Source: Eledone cirrhosa (taxonomy: Eukaryota). Taken from it: a stretch of DNA of 64,000 nt. The notes under the pieces were generated by a model. That model was given only the letters and a program-made list of their open reading frames with translations, was not told the origin of the DNA and ran no database searches. How positions within the stretch are numbered: the stretch's first letter is position 1; each line of letters starts with the position of its first letter. The translations under genes and the position numbers were made by a program. The DNA lies in assembly GCA_964016885.1 (NCBI GenBank), contig OZ024743.1, positions 172,546,001 to 172,610,000 on the forward strand, read 5' to 3'. Positions 37,212-50,373 of the stretch are shown piece after piece.

Positions 37212-37817
37212 TGGCTCACATTGTGTCCGAGTGTAAACACCTAGCCCAGACCCACTATAAGGGCTGGAGACACGATGTGATGGGCAGGGTGATCCACATG
37301 CACCTGTGCAAAGTAAACAATTTACCACATTCTGAGAAATGGTATGAGCATAGGCCAGAGGCGGTGATGGAGAACAATCAGGTGAAGGTGCTGTGGGATT
37401 TTAGGATACAGACGGACAAAAAACTGGAACACAATAGACCTGACCTGGTGGTTGTGGACAAAGAAAAAAGATCGTGTCTGATTGTGGATGTGGCCTGCCC
37501 TTTCGACACGAGAGTGCAAGAGAAGGAGAGGGAGAAAATTAACCGATACCAGGACCTAAAGTGGGAGGTGAAAAGGATTTGGAACTGCCATGAAGTCAAA
37601 GTGATCCCGATTGTCATGGGCGCACTGGGGACTATCTCCAAAAGTTTCCAGGGATGGTTAAAGAAAATCGGCCCCTTCACGCTTTTTGGAACGCTTCAAA
37701 AGGCATGCTTGCAAGAACCCTCCGATACGTCCTGAATATCTGAGGCTGCAGGTAGTGGCTTGATATTCATTCCAACGGACTTTCCAGTTAACCAACATCA
37801 ATGACTGAGATTCAAGG
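37210..37817 (+). mobile_element. Dong-A short 3' fragment
   Basis: RLE region and 3' UTR of Dong-A; tail at 37818-37910. Confidence 0.93.
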
Positions 37818-37826
37818 AATAACAAC

Positions 37827-37910
<84 letters not shown>

Positions 37911-37956
37911 CGCAGTAATGATAATAATAGTGGTAGTAGAATCATCAATAATAATA

Positions 37957-38143
37957 ACTGTTTCTACTTTTGGCACAAAGCCAGCAATTATCCCAGTGCA
38001 TTTCTGGTACTTTATTTTATCGACCTCGTAAGGATGAAAGGCAAAGTTAACCTGGGCGTAGATTTGAAATCAGATCATAAAGGGATGTAACTCTATGCTT
38101 CAAAGCATGGCGTCCTACCCTCTACCGATACTGCCAATCCACC
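37957..38143 (-). mobile_element. Nin/Deu-domain SINE
   Basis: Homologous to 7494-7672 and 10389-10575. Confidence 0.85.
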
Positions 38144-38229
38144 AATGATGGTAATAATGGTAGCAATGTCATTACACCTACTGATGATGTGATCACTACC
38201 ATAACAAATAATGACAATAATAGTTATTA

Positions 38230-38260
38230 CTAGCAGAGTGGCCCGGCGTTGCTTGGGATT
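38230..38260 (-). mobile_element. Non-autonomous Helitron 3' end
   Basis: Reverse complement CCCAAGCAACGCCGGGCCACTCTGCTAG resembles the 3' ends at 49600 and 58653. Confidence 0.6.
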
Positions 38261-38452
38261 TGCTTTAGGATTCTTATATATTTGATATATATTTATCCTT
38301 ATCGAACCTCGTGAGATAGATACGTTTGTTTATATTTTGCTATTGTGTATGCAAAAATATTTGTACACGAATATATAATTATATATATATGTATATAAAA
38401 TTGAAAAAGTGGAGAATAACATGGTCAACAGTACAAAAAAGGGGATTTTTTT

Positions 38453-38564
38453 ACAGTCTAACAATTGTTTCACTGATAAAGTTGTCTAAAAATTGCTGAA
38501 CACTAGAAGCAGTGCCACGCAATTTTACATACGATGTTAGCTCGATCATATCTTCGGAAACTGT
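38453..38564 (-). ncRNA. Variant type I hammerhead ribozyme in PLE pseudo-LTR (partner copy ~42390-42499 on +)
   Basis: Stem I ACAGTTT/AGACTGT, core CCGAAGA...GAAAC, palindromic stem III AACAATTGTT, long stem II. Confidence 0.55.
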
Positions 38565-41500
38565 TATAAAAAATATATATAACCGGAAAATTTACAAATT
38601 CAAATTACATCATCAATAATAATATTAATAATAAAGATAAAGAGAGAAAAGAAGGAAAGGAAAAAGAAGAAGGAAAAAGAAAAAGAAAAAGAGAAAGAAG
38701 AAGAAAAAGGAGAAATGATTACAGAGAAGAAAATATATGGAAAATGATGGTAGGCAGAGGAGAGACAAGCATAAGGAGAAATAACCTAGAATAGAAAGAA
38801 AAATAGAGGGAAAAATAATGATAACACCAATAAATGAATAAACGTTAATATATGAATAAATGTAAATAAAAATAAAAATAAATATATAAAAAATAGATAA
38901 AATAGATAAATAAATAAATAAATAAATAAATTAATTAATTAATAAATTACATCTAATGTGATATAAAATGGTATAAAATGTGAAAAATGAAAAATGAAAA
39001 TAAATATGTAAAAGAAGTAAAAATGTGCGAAGAATATTTAAACATATTAAAATTATTGAGAATGGTTTTTGAGAATTGTTAAATATATGGAGAGATATGA
39101 ATGTAAAAATATGATAATGTTAAATATATTTATGTGCGTATTGGTTATTTTAATAAATAAATAAATTAGTTTTAAGTTATATTATATGATAAAATAAAAT
39201 GTCAGAGATGAAATAACTTTAAGGAGAGAAATATAAAGATAGAGACTGAAAGATAGAGATATATAAAATCAGAATGTCAATATAAGAGGTTTTGATGTTG
39301 TTCTTTGATAGATGATGACAATTATAATTATAATCCTAATTATAATGATGGTGATGATGCTGATAATGTGATATTATAATAGATCTAAGTGGTACAATCT
39401 GGGTTATGTAATAGATAAGATGGGATTAAGCTGTTCTAATGTTCTCAAATTTGGTCGCCGATTTATGTCGACAGAAAATAGTTCTTTCAATTTTACTGTT
39501 AAGAAGCATTTTGTTATAATTTAAAATTTGGAAAAGTTCCATATTACAGAGACCGCAGTGGGATATACCATTTTGATAGGCCGTTGCTTTTGATAGCTTC
39601 GTCCAGCTGATTTTATATTCCATGTTTTTCTATGTACGTACCACCTTTTCTTAAGCTCCCAGATGTGGAACCAATGTAATGCCATGCTAAGCTACCTGAA
39701 TTTATAGTACATAGGTAAACTATATTTGTCTCTAGGCATCAATTTTGTAAAGGGCATTTGTCAGGTAGATGGCATTAAAATCTGGCAACTCTATGCATCT
39801 ATTTTGTAAAGGGCATTTGTCAGGTAGATGCCAATGAAATTGAAATAATACTAGCTGCTAGAAGAACAATCATTAAATTCGACAATAGTTACTGGGAGCG
39901 AAAAAATAGACAATATAACTTCGATATAACTATGGGATCAAATGATTCAGCCCAAGTTACAGACATTGTCGGAATTTATATAGCACATTTCTTACATAGG
40001 GAATTTGATAACCTACAAGGCGGAATCTATAGAGACGATACACTACTTTTAGCTAAAACCCTAAATAATCAAAACTTAGAAAGATTAAGGGAAAAGATTA
40101 GAAAATTATTTAATAATTTAGGCCTTAACATCACTTTTGAACCCAACTCTAAAAAAGCTAACTTCTTAGATATCGCTCAACCTTAACTCAGGACTAATAG
40201 AACCCTTCCATAAAAATAATGGAAATTTAGCTTACATTGATTATAACTCTAATCACCCTCAATCCATAATTAACTCCATAGCTCATAGTATATCCCTTAG
40301 AATCTCGCGCCTATCTTCTAACCTAGAGATTTTTAACGAACACGCTAACTACTACAACATAGCTTTACTTAAGGTAGGCCATAAAGAGAGACTCAAATAC
40401 ATACCAGATACAAAAAATGACAACACACTTAATATTAATAGCACTATCCACCCCTATAGAAACAACAAATCTAGGACTAAACATAGAAATTGGCAACAAG
40501 CAGGTAAATTAAATGAACAGAATACTAATATAAAGACCACTAATAACTATAGAAGATGCAAAAATAGAAACTACTTATGGTTCAATCCAATGTTTAACTC
40601 CTCTATAAAAACAAAACTACCTTACACTTTCTTCAAATTGGTTGACAAACACTTCCCTAAAATTCATAAATATCATAAAATCTTTAATAGAAAATCTATG
40701 AAACTATCATACTCCACTGCCATCAACATAGAATCGCACATACATAAAATTAACTATAAAAGAATTTATAATACAAGTGGCCCGCAAATAAGTACCATAA
40801 CACCAAATACAAAACATAAGCATATAACATCATCACAACCAAACACACGTCAGTACGCATCACTACAATACAGCAACAAACCCAATTCTCAGCCCATACA
40901 TAGCAACCTACAAAACCATATCGAAGAACCGGCGCATAGAAAAGCATCTAAGTGTAACTGCCATCTACCTGACAAATGCCCTTTACAAAATAGATGCCTA
41001 GAGACAAATATAGTATTCCTATGTATTATAAATTCAGGTAGCTTAGTATGGCGTTACATTGGTTCCACAGCAGGGGAGTTTAAGAAAAGGTGGTACGTAC
41101 ATAGACACTTTATGATTAACAAGAATCTCTTAAATACAACGACTCTCGCCAATAAAATCTGGCAACTCAAGGATGCAAACATGGAATATAAAATCAGCTG
41201 GAGGAAGCTATCAAATTGGTATGTACCACTGCGGCCTCTGTAATATGGAACTTTTCCAAATTTTAAATTACAACAAAATGCTTCTTAACAGTAAAATTGA
41301 AAGAACTATTTTCTGTCGACATAAATCGGCAACCAAATTTGAGAACTTTAGACCAGCTTAATTCCATCTTATCTCTTACATAACCCAGATTGTACCACTT
41401 AGATCTATTATAATATCACATTATCAGCATCATCATCATTATGATTATGATTTTAATTATAATTGTCATCATCTATCAAAGAACAACATCAAAACCTCTT

Positions 41501-41597
41501 ATATTTACATTCTTATTTTATATATCTCTATCTTTCACTCTCTATCTTTATATTTCTCTCCCTAAATTTATTTCATCTCTGACAATATATTTTATCA

Positions 41598-41682
41598 TAA
41601 TTGTTTCTACTTTTGGCACAAGGCCAGCAATTACCCAGTGCATTACTGGTACTTTATTATATCGACCCCGTAAGGATGAAAG
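41598..41682 (-). mobile_element. 5'-truncated Nin/Deu SINE in the right PLE arm
   Basis: SINE 3' half; absent from the inverted left arm near 39190. Confidence 0.85.
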
Positions 41683-41930
41683 CATATAATATAACTTAAA
41701 ACTAATTTATTTATTTATTTATTAAAATAACCAATACACACATAAATATATTTAACATTATCATATTTTTACCTTCATATCTATCCACATATTTTAACAA
41801 TTCTCAAAAACCACTCTCAATAATTTTGATAGGTTTAAATATTCTTCGCACATATTTACTTCTTTTACGTATTTATTTTCATTTTTCATTTTTCACATTT
41901 TATACCATTTTATATCACATCAGAGGTAAT

Positions 41931-41969
<39 letters not shown>

Positions 41970-42716
41970 TCTATTTTTATCTATTTTTTATATATTTATT
42001 TTTATTTTTATTTACATTTATTCATATATTAACGTTTATTCATTTATTGCTGTTATCATTATTTTTCCCTCTATTTTTCTTTCTATCCTAGGTTATTTCT
42101 CCTTGTGCTTGTCTCTCCTCTGTCTACCATCATTTTCCATATATTTTCTTCTCTTTATATCTTTCTCTGTAATCATTTCTCCTTTTTCTTCTTCTTTCTC
42201 TTTTTCTTTTTCTTTTTCTTTTTCTTTTTCTTTTTCTTTTTCCTTCTTTTTTCTTTTTCCTTTCCTTTCTTCCTGTACTGTATCTAGCTCCCTTTCTTCC
42301 TTCTTTTCTCTCTTTATCTTTATTATTAATATTATTATCGATGATGTAATTTGAATTTGTAAATTTTCCGGTTATATATATTTTTTATAAGTTTCCGAAG
42401 ATCTGATCGAGCTAACATCGTATTTAAAATTGAGTGGCACTACTTCTAGTGTTCAGCAATTTTTAGACAAGTTTATCAGTGAAACAATTGTTAGACTGTA
42501 AATAAATCCACTTTTTTGTACTGTTGACCATATTATTCTCCACTTTTTCAATTTCATTACTCCAAGATAAACTTACATAGGAATACAAGTGAAATCATAA
42601 ACTCGTCATCTACGTAAACATCGTGTTGAGTCAAACAACGCCGTACGCTAAAACTATCCATAACAAGAAGTATTCACAACCTCTAACTGGATTACCTATA
42701 ACGATATTTTGTTATC

Positions 42717-42757
<41 letters not shown>

Positions 42758-42942
42758 TATCAGATTAAAGTTTAAGCAAATAATCGCTGCTCTCACCCTT
42801 AACGGAATCTTCTGAGACTAAAAAAATCAATCTGTGAACGCCGAGGTAAATATTTCGAAAAACGTTAGACACTATATATATATATACACACACTATATAT
42901 ATATACATATACACACACAAACACACAGCGTCATAATGTCGT

Positions 42943-43145
42943 AATGCAGACAGCCAGACATACAGACAGATATTATAAGGGCGCAACTTTATATCTATGT
43001 CTCTATTTAAAAAGAAAGACTAAGAATTATAGAGACAGATCGCTAAATCGCCTATTGCGGTCCCTAGGGCATTGAAAATTTGACATTTATTTTGCTCAGA
43101 ACACTCAATAGGACCATAAGTATTACATGTGTAAAGTTTGAAAAC
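42943..43145 (-). mobile_element. Helitron-family internal fragment
   Basis: Reverse-complement similarity to 48855-49055. Confidence 0.7.
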
Positions 43146-43543
43146 AATCTCCCGTGGTGGTGGTGTGTGGGGTGGGGGGGTTCTGCCATGTATATGAAGA
43201 AATAGAAGGCAATAAAATGAAGAAAACAGAAAATAAATAATAAATAGAGAATAAATGGAGAATAAATGGAAAATTAATGAAAAGTTAATGAAAAAATAAT
43301 GCCATATACATGGCAGAACCCCACCACCACCACCACCACCAATTCCTTTGACTGAGGAATGTTCTAACAACTGACCAATGAGAGGAGAAGAAGCCCTTTG
43401 ACGCTGAAATTCGTTTGTTTAAATTCATATGATTCCAGTTCCTCAGTGAAATAACAACCCAACCAGGAACTGGGCATATCAGAGTATTGACAAAGTTAAA
43501 CACCTCAACAACATGTGTACTCGTCTCTACCACACTAATTCGG

Positions 43544-43598
43544 ACTGCCGGAAGAGGTCACAGCCAAAGATGGCTGTCACCGAAATATATATCGTAGT
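43544..43598 (+). ncRNA. Minimal type I hammerhead ribozyme (variant core CGGAAGA)
   Basis: ACTGC-CGGAAGA-GGT..ACAGCCA/TGGCTGT..ACC-GAAA-TATATA-TC-GTAGT. Confidence 0.65.
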
Positions 43599-43644
43599 AA
43601 TAAACGAGGCCAAATTTTAAACATTTGACTTATTTATTTTATTT

Positions 43645-43691
<47 letters not shown>

Positions 43692-43695
<4 letters not shown>

Positions 43696-43775
43696 CTTGA
43701 GGTTGTGAGTTCGTTTCCTGGACCGGGCGATGCGTTATGTCCTTGAGCAAGACACTTTATTTCACGTTGCGACCG
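43692..43775 (+). mobile_element. tRNA-derived CORE-like SINE fragment
   Basis: B-box-like GAGTTCGTTTCC followed by TGTCCTTGAGCAAGACACTT. Confidence 0.55.
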
Positions 43776-44674
43776 ATAGATAGTATTAGCAACTAGAAAG
43801 ACCGGCACAAACATTGTTTCCTCGGTCCGATTTGACGAAAGTCGATCGATGTGTATGTATGTAAAAGATAAACAGAAATAACAACACAATCAGTACTGTA
43901 TATGGAAGGAATATATTGAAATAGCAGGGAGAGGGTCTTAAAGTTTCGGACTGAGTGTATACATTTATAAATACATATTTAATTTATTACATATATATAT
44001 ACAAAACATTCATATATTCAGTGGCGCACTGGGTCTAAACACATTGGTTGCCAGGAGATAAAGGAGGCCCACTCATATATAGAATGCTATCATTTAGTTT
44101 TTATAATGAATGAATAACATTTTCAAAAGTGAAAACAAAACATTGCAATCAAATTTTTGCGGGGAAAATGATTATTTGTTTACTAATTATTGTGTATATA
44201 TACTGTATATATTACTGGAAGTATACAGTAATACTAAATGTTAATACAGAATATTATAATTGAATTTTTAAATAATTGTGAATGTATAGTATACTGTTAT
44301 TTAGAGTAGAGTATATCAAGTGACCGCTCTTAACATCTCCAGTAAAAAGTATACACATCTAAAGAATTTCAATAATGACCTTTGGTCTTTCACACTCACT
44401 CAATATATATATCTCTGGGAGTGTGTGTATATGTGTACATGTGTATATATAGATAGATAGATATATATGTATACATACATGTTTTCAAATTGTACAAACA
44501 TTATTTGGCGACTCATTCTCACTAGAGACTTTAGACTGAAGAACTGACCTCTAATTGATTTTACATATGTCTTTTGGCCAACAGCTCGTGTGTATGTGTA
44601 AGCATATATATGTCCCAAGGCTCTGATACAATCAACACCATAAACACAGAGCTGGCATATCTAAGAACTGACTA

Positions 44675-44710
44675 ACTGCCTGATGAGGTCAGCGAAATAT
44701 ATATAGCAGT
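44675..44710 (+). ncRNA. Minimal type I hammerhead ribozyme
   Basis: ACTGC-CTGATGA-GGTCAGC-GAAA-TATATA-TA-GCAGT: perfect stem I, canonical core, palindromic stem III. Confidence 0.8.
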
Positions 44711-45251
44711 AAATAAAGGATTATGAGTTCATGCAATTGATTTATGTTTCGTCACTATATATATATATATGCGTGTGTATGTGTCTATGTATGTATTATG
44801 TATGTATTATGTATGCATGCATGAATGAATACAGTAAGCCAGTGACTCTAACTGTTAGCGCTATCATATATGTAGTGACCTACGTTCCGAGGGCTCATGG
44901 ATACATTCTCCGTGCGTTGTTTGGCTCAGTTCAGCCAATCGCCTCCAGCGTAGGAGAATGTATCTCGACACGCCCTGAGAGAAAAATTGCCGCGGTGATT
45001 CAGAAATATTTCTCTTGCTGCTTGGGACTCTGAGAAATGAACACGCGACCATGTAACGGTGAGATTTGCACTTTGGCCTGTCGGCCTTCCTTGGGCCTGG
45101 TACAATGCCACATCCTTTTTATAACCTTTATATTGTTAACTTTAATTATCCAATTCAACAAACATTTACTTTGTGGATAACTTTGTCTCTTTCTCACTAC
45201 AACAAATAAACTTACATTCATCATAATTATCCGTAGAAACAATTATTATAT

Positions 45252-45433
45252 TGGCAGTATCGGTAGAGGGTCGGACACCATGCTTTGACGCATAGAGTTA
45301 CAGCCCTTCCATACTGAGTTCAAATTCCGCCAAGGTTAACTTTGCCTTTCATCCTTACGGGGTCGATAAAATAAACTACCAGTAATGCACTGGGTAATTG
45401 CTGGCCTTGTGCCAAAAGTAGAAACAATTATTA
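45252..45433 (+). mobile_element. Nin/Deu-domain SINE
   Basis: A and B boxes, Nin core, 3' end CCTTGTGCCAAAAGTAGAAAC AATTATT. Confidence 0.87.
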
Positions 45434-47301
45434 TATCTTTCTGCTAAAATGGTGAGTCTTGGTGATATCTATTATTATAAACTACTGCTAAAAATGGTGC
45501 CTCCGACGGAGGAAAATTAGCAGTATTTAAAAAAACTTTCAACACGAGGAAATTAGTTTCAAAATGGCTATCACCAAGTCCTCCACTACCAACAACAGCA
45601 GCAGCAGCGACAACATTGGTTAACCACTAACCATAAACAACGGAATAACTATGTGGCAACTTCTTCGTTGGAACAAAACGAACACAAAAAAATTCTATTC
45701 CCACCTCACGTGGTGACAACGTTCAAATGCTTCTCACTTGGCTGTTTACACTTTCGCTATATCTTACTACGAACCATTCATTAAATTGGACTCTTTCATT
45801 TTCGAACATGATATTTCTTTTTCTGAAAATTACACCTTGTGTCTTTCTCGTTCAGCCAAGCTTTTGTTTAAGACCAACAACCAATATGGCGACTGTTGCC
45901 TTCCTCTTTCATTTTCGAGCAGCCATCTTGTCTTCTTCGTTTCGTCATTTTCACGCGCGGCGGATTTTACCAACACACTCATTGCTATTCATCTCAAAGA
46001 ATAGTTCGGCCACGAGCTACTTTATTAATGCCAGTAAAAAAATTGCGACACCTTGCGTCGTAAATTGACGTCACTTGCTGGGCATTTTTATGCACGTTCG
46101 TTCTGCGGTCAGCTACTTAAAACTTATCTGGACTCACTCAGATCAACAACCGCTCATCTGGACTTACTCAGATCACAGCTCTCAACTGTTTCTTTTTTTC
46201 AACATTGACCAACACATCTTGGCTGAAATTTCTGGAAAAAAATTTTGCGCGCTCTTCTTTTGGGATCTTCTAACTCTGAACGAGTTGTTTCCCTTGGAAC
46301 AACTTTAAAAGGCTGCGAGAGCGAACAACCACTTAAAAAACAATTCTTTCTTTCTTTTTTTTTTACAGGCAATGTTTGGACATTTATTTCTTTTAAACTG
46401 TATAATATGAAAATTCATTTTTTTTTCTCTATCATTGTATATATGACTGCAGGCACACATTTTATTTGCTGTATTACATGCCTCCATATGCACACACATT
46501 TCTTTGTCACACACCAACATGTTGTTGTCTATAGTATATGATCTTCAAGCGCCGTAATATTCTGCGAGATCCCTTTTCACCTGGTGGAGGTACCAAAACA
46601 TGCTGTCGACACTTGCAGCTTAATTCACCTGCACCGCAACACGAGAATGCTAATTGCAGCGGGATTCAAACAGTTTCGCTTCTCGTTGCACACTCATCGT
46701 CCTATAGCATAACAACCTCCATCTTGTTACTTTACCCGACTAACAGGGAAAACAACAAATGGAACTGGACCAGTCAGCATTTCCACCATTTCTCCTATGG
46801 ATTCACCAGAATTATGGAATTACCGCTTCAACTGCTACCCACCTACAGATTCAACTTACTTTTTTCTTTTCAAAGCAACTAGCTATTTTTTCCTGGCTGC
46901 CTAGCACTTCCGGCAATTCATCTGGGAGGCCGACAATTTCTCGCCTACCCATCATCTTCTTGCAAGCTCTGCTAAAACATTTACCATCACAGCTCCAGCT
47001 ATACAGCTCTGGTATAACATTTACCATAACAGCTCTGGTATAACACTTACCATAACAGATATACAGCTCTGGTAACGCATGAACAGCACCATCATTGACA
47101 ACAGCTACTGGTAAAACAATGTATTTCTAAGCACTCTTTGGTTATTCCTATAACTATATATATATATATATATATGAAGATAGATATAGAATATTCGAAA
47201 ATATTCTGTATGTTTATAATAAACATTTTGAAGACCTAATCGCTATAGAATAGAATACGTCACGTATTACAATTTATAGATTCTCGATAAAAGCAAGGGA
47301 A

Positions 47302-47344
47302 GTAACCTACGCGTTTCATTCTTATTAGAAATCTTCAGGATTAC
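47302..47344 (-). ncRNA. Minimal type I hammerhead ribozyme
   Basis: Minus strand GTAATC-CTGAAGA-TTTCTAATAAGAAT-GAAAC-GC-GTA-GGTTAC. Confidence 0.8.
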
Positions 47345-47611
47345 ATATCCAGTGCTTTTATCGAGAATGACACAGCTAGAGACTTATAGAATACTTAGCT
47401 GTGTAAAGGAACTGGTTTGAAAGAGCGGTTGCCGGTCCGGCAGAAATTAGAAATTGGATTAAATGCTCTGAAATAGCGATATATATGTGAAGATAGATAT
47501 AGAATATTCGAAAATATTCTGTATGTTTATAATAAACATTTTGAAGACCTAATCGCTATAGAATAGAATACGTCACGTATTACAATTAGATTCTCGATAA
47601 AAGCAAGGGAA

Positions 47612-47654
47612 GTAACCTACGCGTTTCATTCTTATTAGAAATCTTCAGGATTAC
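47612..47654 (-). ncRNA. Minimal type I hammerhead ribozyme (second tandem copy)
   Basis: Identical to 47302-47344. Confidence 0.8.
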
Positions 47655-48329
47655 ATATCCAGTGCTTTTATCGAGAATGACACAGCTAGAGACTTATAGA
47701 ATACTTAGCTGTGTAAAGGAACTGGTTTGAAAGAGCGGTTGTCGGTCCGGCAGAAATTAGAAATTGGATTAAATGCTCTGAAATAGCGATATATATGTGA
47801 AGATAGATATAGAATATTCGAAAATATTCTGTATGTTTATAATAAACATTTTGAAGACCTAATCGCTATAGAATAGAATACGTCACGTATTACAATTAGA
47901 TTCTCGATAAAAGCAATCCTCAGATATGCCTCGGTATGTAAGCTTTCTCTGATTTTGTGCAGTAGATTGTTATATTCAGCATATTCTAACAACGTGATAT
48001 TCTGCGTTCCCTCATTAATTTCTCCCACCATTGGTTTATTTCCAAAATAGCGCCTACTCCCATCCGGTCATGTTGTCGTGTGCATTCATGCTTGAAAGGC
48101 TGTCTGTCTGACTTACACAGCCACACTTATTTTAAGTGTTCGTTAGACTATAAGTCTTACTTAGGATGCGTTGTTGTTGACAGGAGGGGGAGCGTCTACT
48201 ACTAACTCTGAGCGTCAAAAAAACTACCCGAAAAGGAGAATTGGTCAACATCATTGGATGCTTCCGAAACCACAGGGGTTTTTTTTCAGAGTTTATCTCT
48301 CCTAGAGAGGTGTTGTTACAACAACTGGG

Positions 48330-48640
48330 GCCTTTCACAATGAAGACCAAGGTCAAAGTGTATACCACATGTACAGCATTACTGTATGTGTGTGAGACAT
48401 GGGTTGCCTACAAACGATCAAATCCAGAAACAGCTTTTGTATGGCGAGCTTTGTAAAGTAAAAAGAAACACCCCAAAGCTCCGAATCAAATATTGTGTAA
48501 AGGACTCATTGAAAAAAACTGGTTTGATGGTGGCTTACTGGGACAAAAATTCTAGTAAGAGGAACTTGGTGTGGAATGGTAAATGATGGGTCCATAATTT
48601 TGAGGACTGACACATAGAGCACAAGAAAATCAAACGGTAT
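48330..48640 (+). mobile_element. RTE-clade LINE 3' remnant
   Basis: TKVKVY...LLYVCETW and KQLLYGEL..KR..PKLR.K motifs. Confidence 0.65.
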
Positions 48641-48769
48641 ATGCGTAAGCAATGCCCTGGTGTATCTCTTGAAACAATCGGTGTATCTTACACTTCATTA
48701 ACCTCCTACCACAACAAACACCAGACGCACACCCAAATTCATCTTTAATATAGAAAATTGTTGAAGTTA

Positions 48770-49600
48770 TCTATATATATAAAACTGAGGATGTTTATCT
48801 GTGTGTATGTGAGTTTGAATCCCTAAAACTCGAGAAGCACCCAACCGACCGTTTTCAAACTTTACACATGTAATACTTATGCTTCAGGGAGTGTTCTGAG
48901 CAAAAGAAATTTTTAATTTTCAATGCCCTAGGGACCGCAATAGGCGATTTAGCGATCTCTCTCTATAATTCTTAGTCTTTCTCTTTTTAGATAGATACAT
49001 ATATATAACGTCGCGTCCTTATAATATCTGTCTGTATGTCTGGCTGTCTGCATTACGTCACTTCCCTGAGGATGTCTGTCTGTGTGTGTGTCTGTGAGTT
49101 CGAATCCCTAAAACTCGAGAAGTACCCAACCGACTTTTTACAAACTTTACATGTGTATTACTTATGTTTCAGGGAGTGTTATGCACATAAAACATTCGTC
49201 AGACCGATTTCCTTGAAATTGTAACTATGTCTCTTCATACTGTGAGCTAAGAAAATCCAACTTTTTTATGGCCTAGGGATTGTATTAGGTGAAAAACTTC
49301 ATTTTTTCAGCTTTTTAGGACTTTTTTGAGGCGTTACGTCTAGTCGATTTTTCCGAAATTTCAAGGCATGTTATGCACATAAAAAAAATTCATTTTCTTG
49401 ATCCCCTATGGCCCGCATTAGGTGAAAACCTGTATGTTTCCTGCTTCATCGAGGAAAATCTTAAAGATTATCCAGCCATCAGAGTATTCGGTTTATTTTC
49501 TTTACATATTGTCGAGGCATGCAGTTTTTCCTGATTAGGTCTGTTGGCGGCCCGCGTTCCAAAATACCTTACCCCGTGCAACGCCAGGTACCACTGCTAG
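48770..49600 (+). mobile_element. Non-autonomous Helitron
   Basis: 5' TCTATATATATAAAA; 3' hairpin-like CCCGTGCAACGCCAGG then CTAG; inserted between A and T. Confidence 0.8.
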
Positions 49601-50103
49601 TTCTTTATAAATTTAGGATAGTTGATTCACTTATAAGAAAAGAATTTGAAAAACATCTTGCCATTATATTTATCAACGGTCATTTATTGAAATGGAACCA
49701 GCAGGAGTGCACTTTTACAACCCCTTTCTCAAATACTCCTTAAATACCCCAAGACCTCCCAACTCCATTCCCAATCAATTATCTTGCTGTTATATACATG
49801 AATGCTTTAATTCCTTTATATGTTCATCAACAGTTCTTCACTCTCACACTCATTAACCACCATGCCCGACACACCGAAATCTCATATATAGTGTCACACA
49901 TCACAAGACAACCTGAGATCAGTTTGACAATCGCCACCGGCGAATGCGAGAAAGTTCTCCAGGAAAGTTAACCAGGAATCTTTAAAAATCTCCCCACCGA
50001 AGTAAACAAAGAACTTACTAGATCTACAAAACCAAATTGTAAAATTATATTATAAAATTAAATTAAATTGTTTAGAACTACAAGTGAAGTCATTCTTTTC
50101 CTT

Positions 50104-50336
<233 letters not shown>

Positions 50337-50373
50337 TTTGTTTTGTGTCCATTTATTAAACTATATATATATA

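Larger units (their letters stand above)
38398..42554 (+). mobile_element. Penelope-like element (RT + Cys-rich linker + GIY-YIG), 5'-truncated, with a ~1.4-kb inverted copy of its 3' ORF end and pseudo-LTR
   Basis: MGSNDSAQVTDIVG..GIYRDD (39932), WFNP, CNCHLPDKCPL, NIVF..YIGST (40590-41361). 38398-39774 is the reverse complement of ~40959-42554. Confidence 0.88.
47175..47916 (-). repeat. Tandem ~310-bp repeat (2.4 copies) carrying hammerhead ribozymes; retrozyme-like
   Basis: Units start at ~47176, 47489 and 47799; hammerhead motifs are spaced 310 bp apart. Confidence 0.85.

Noticed and set aside
45500-47100. Possible host exon or pogo-like transposase remnant
   Set aside because: Short ORFs without recognisable motifs; cannot be supported without a search.
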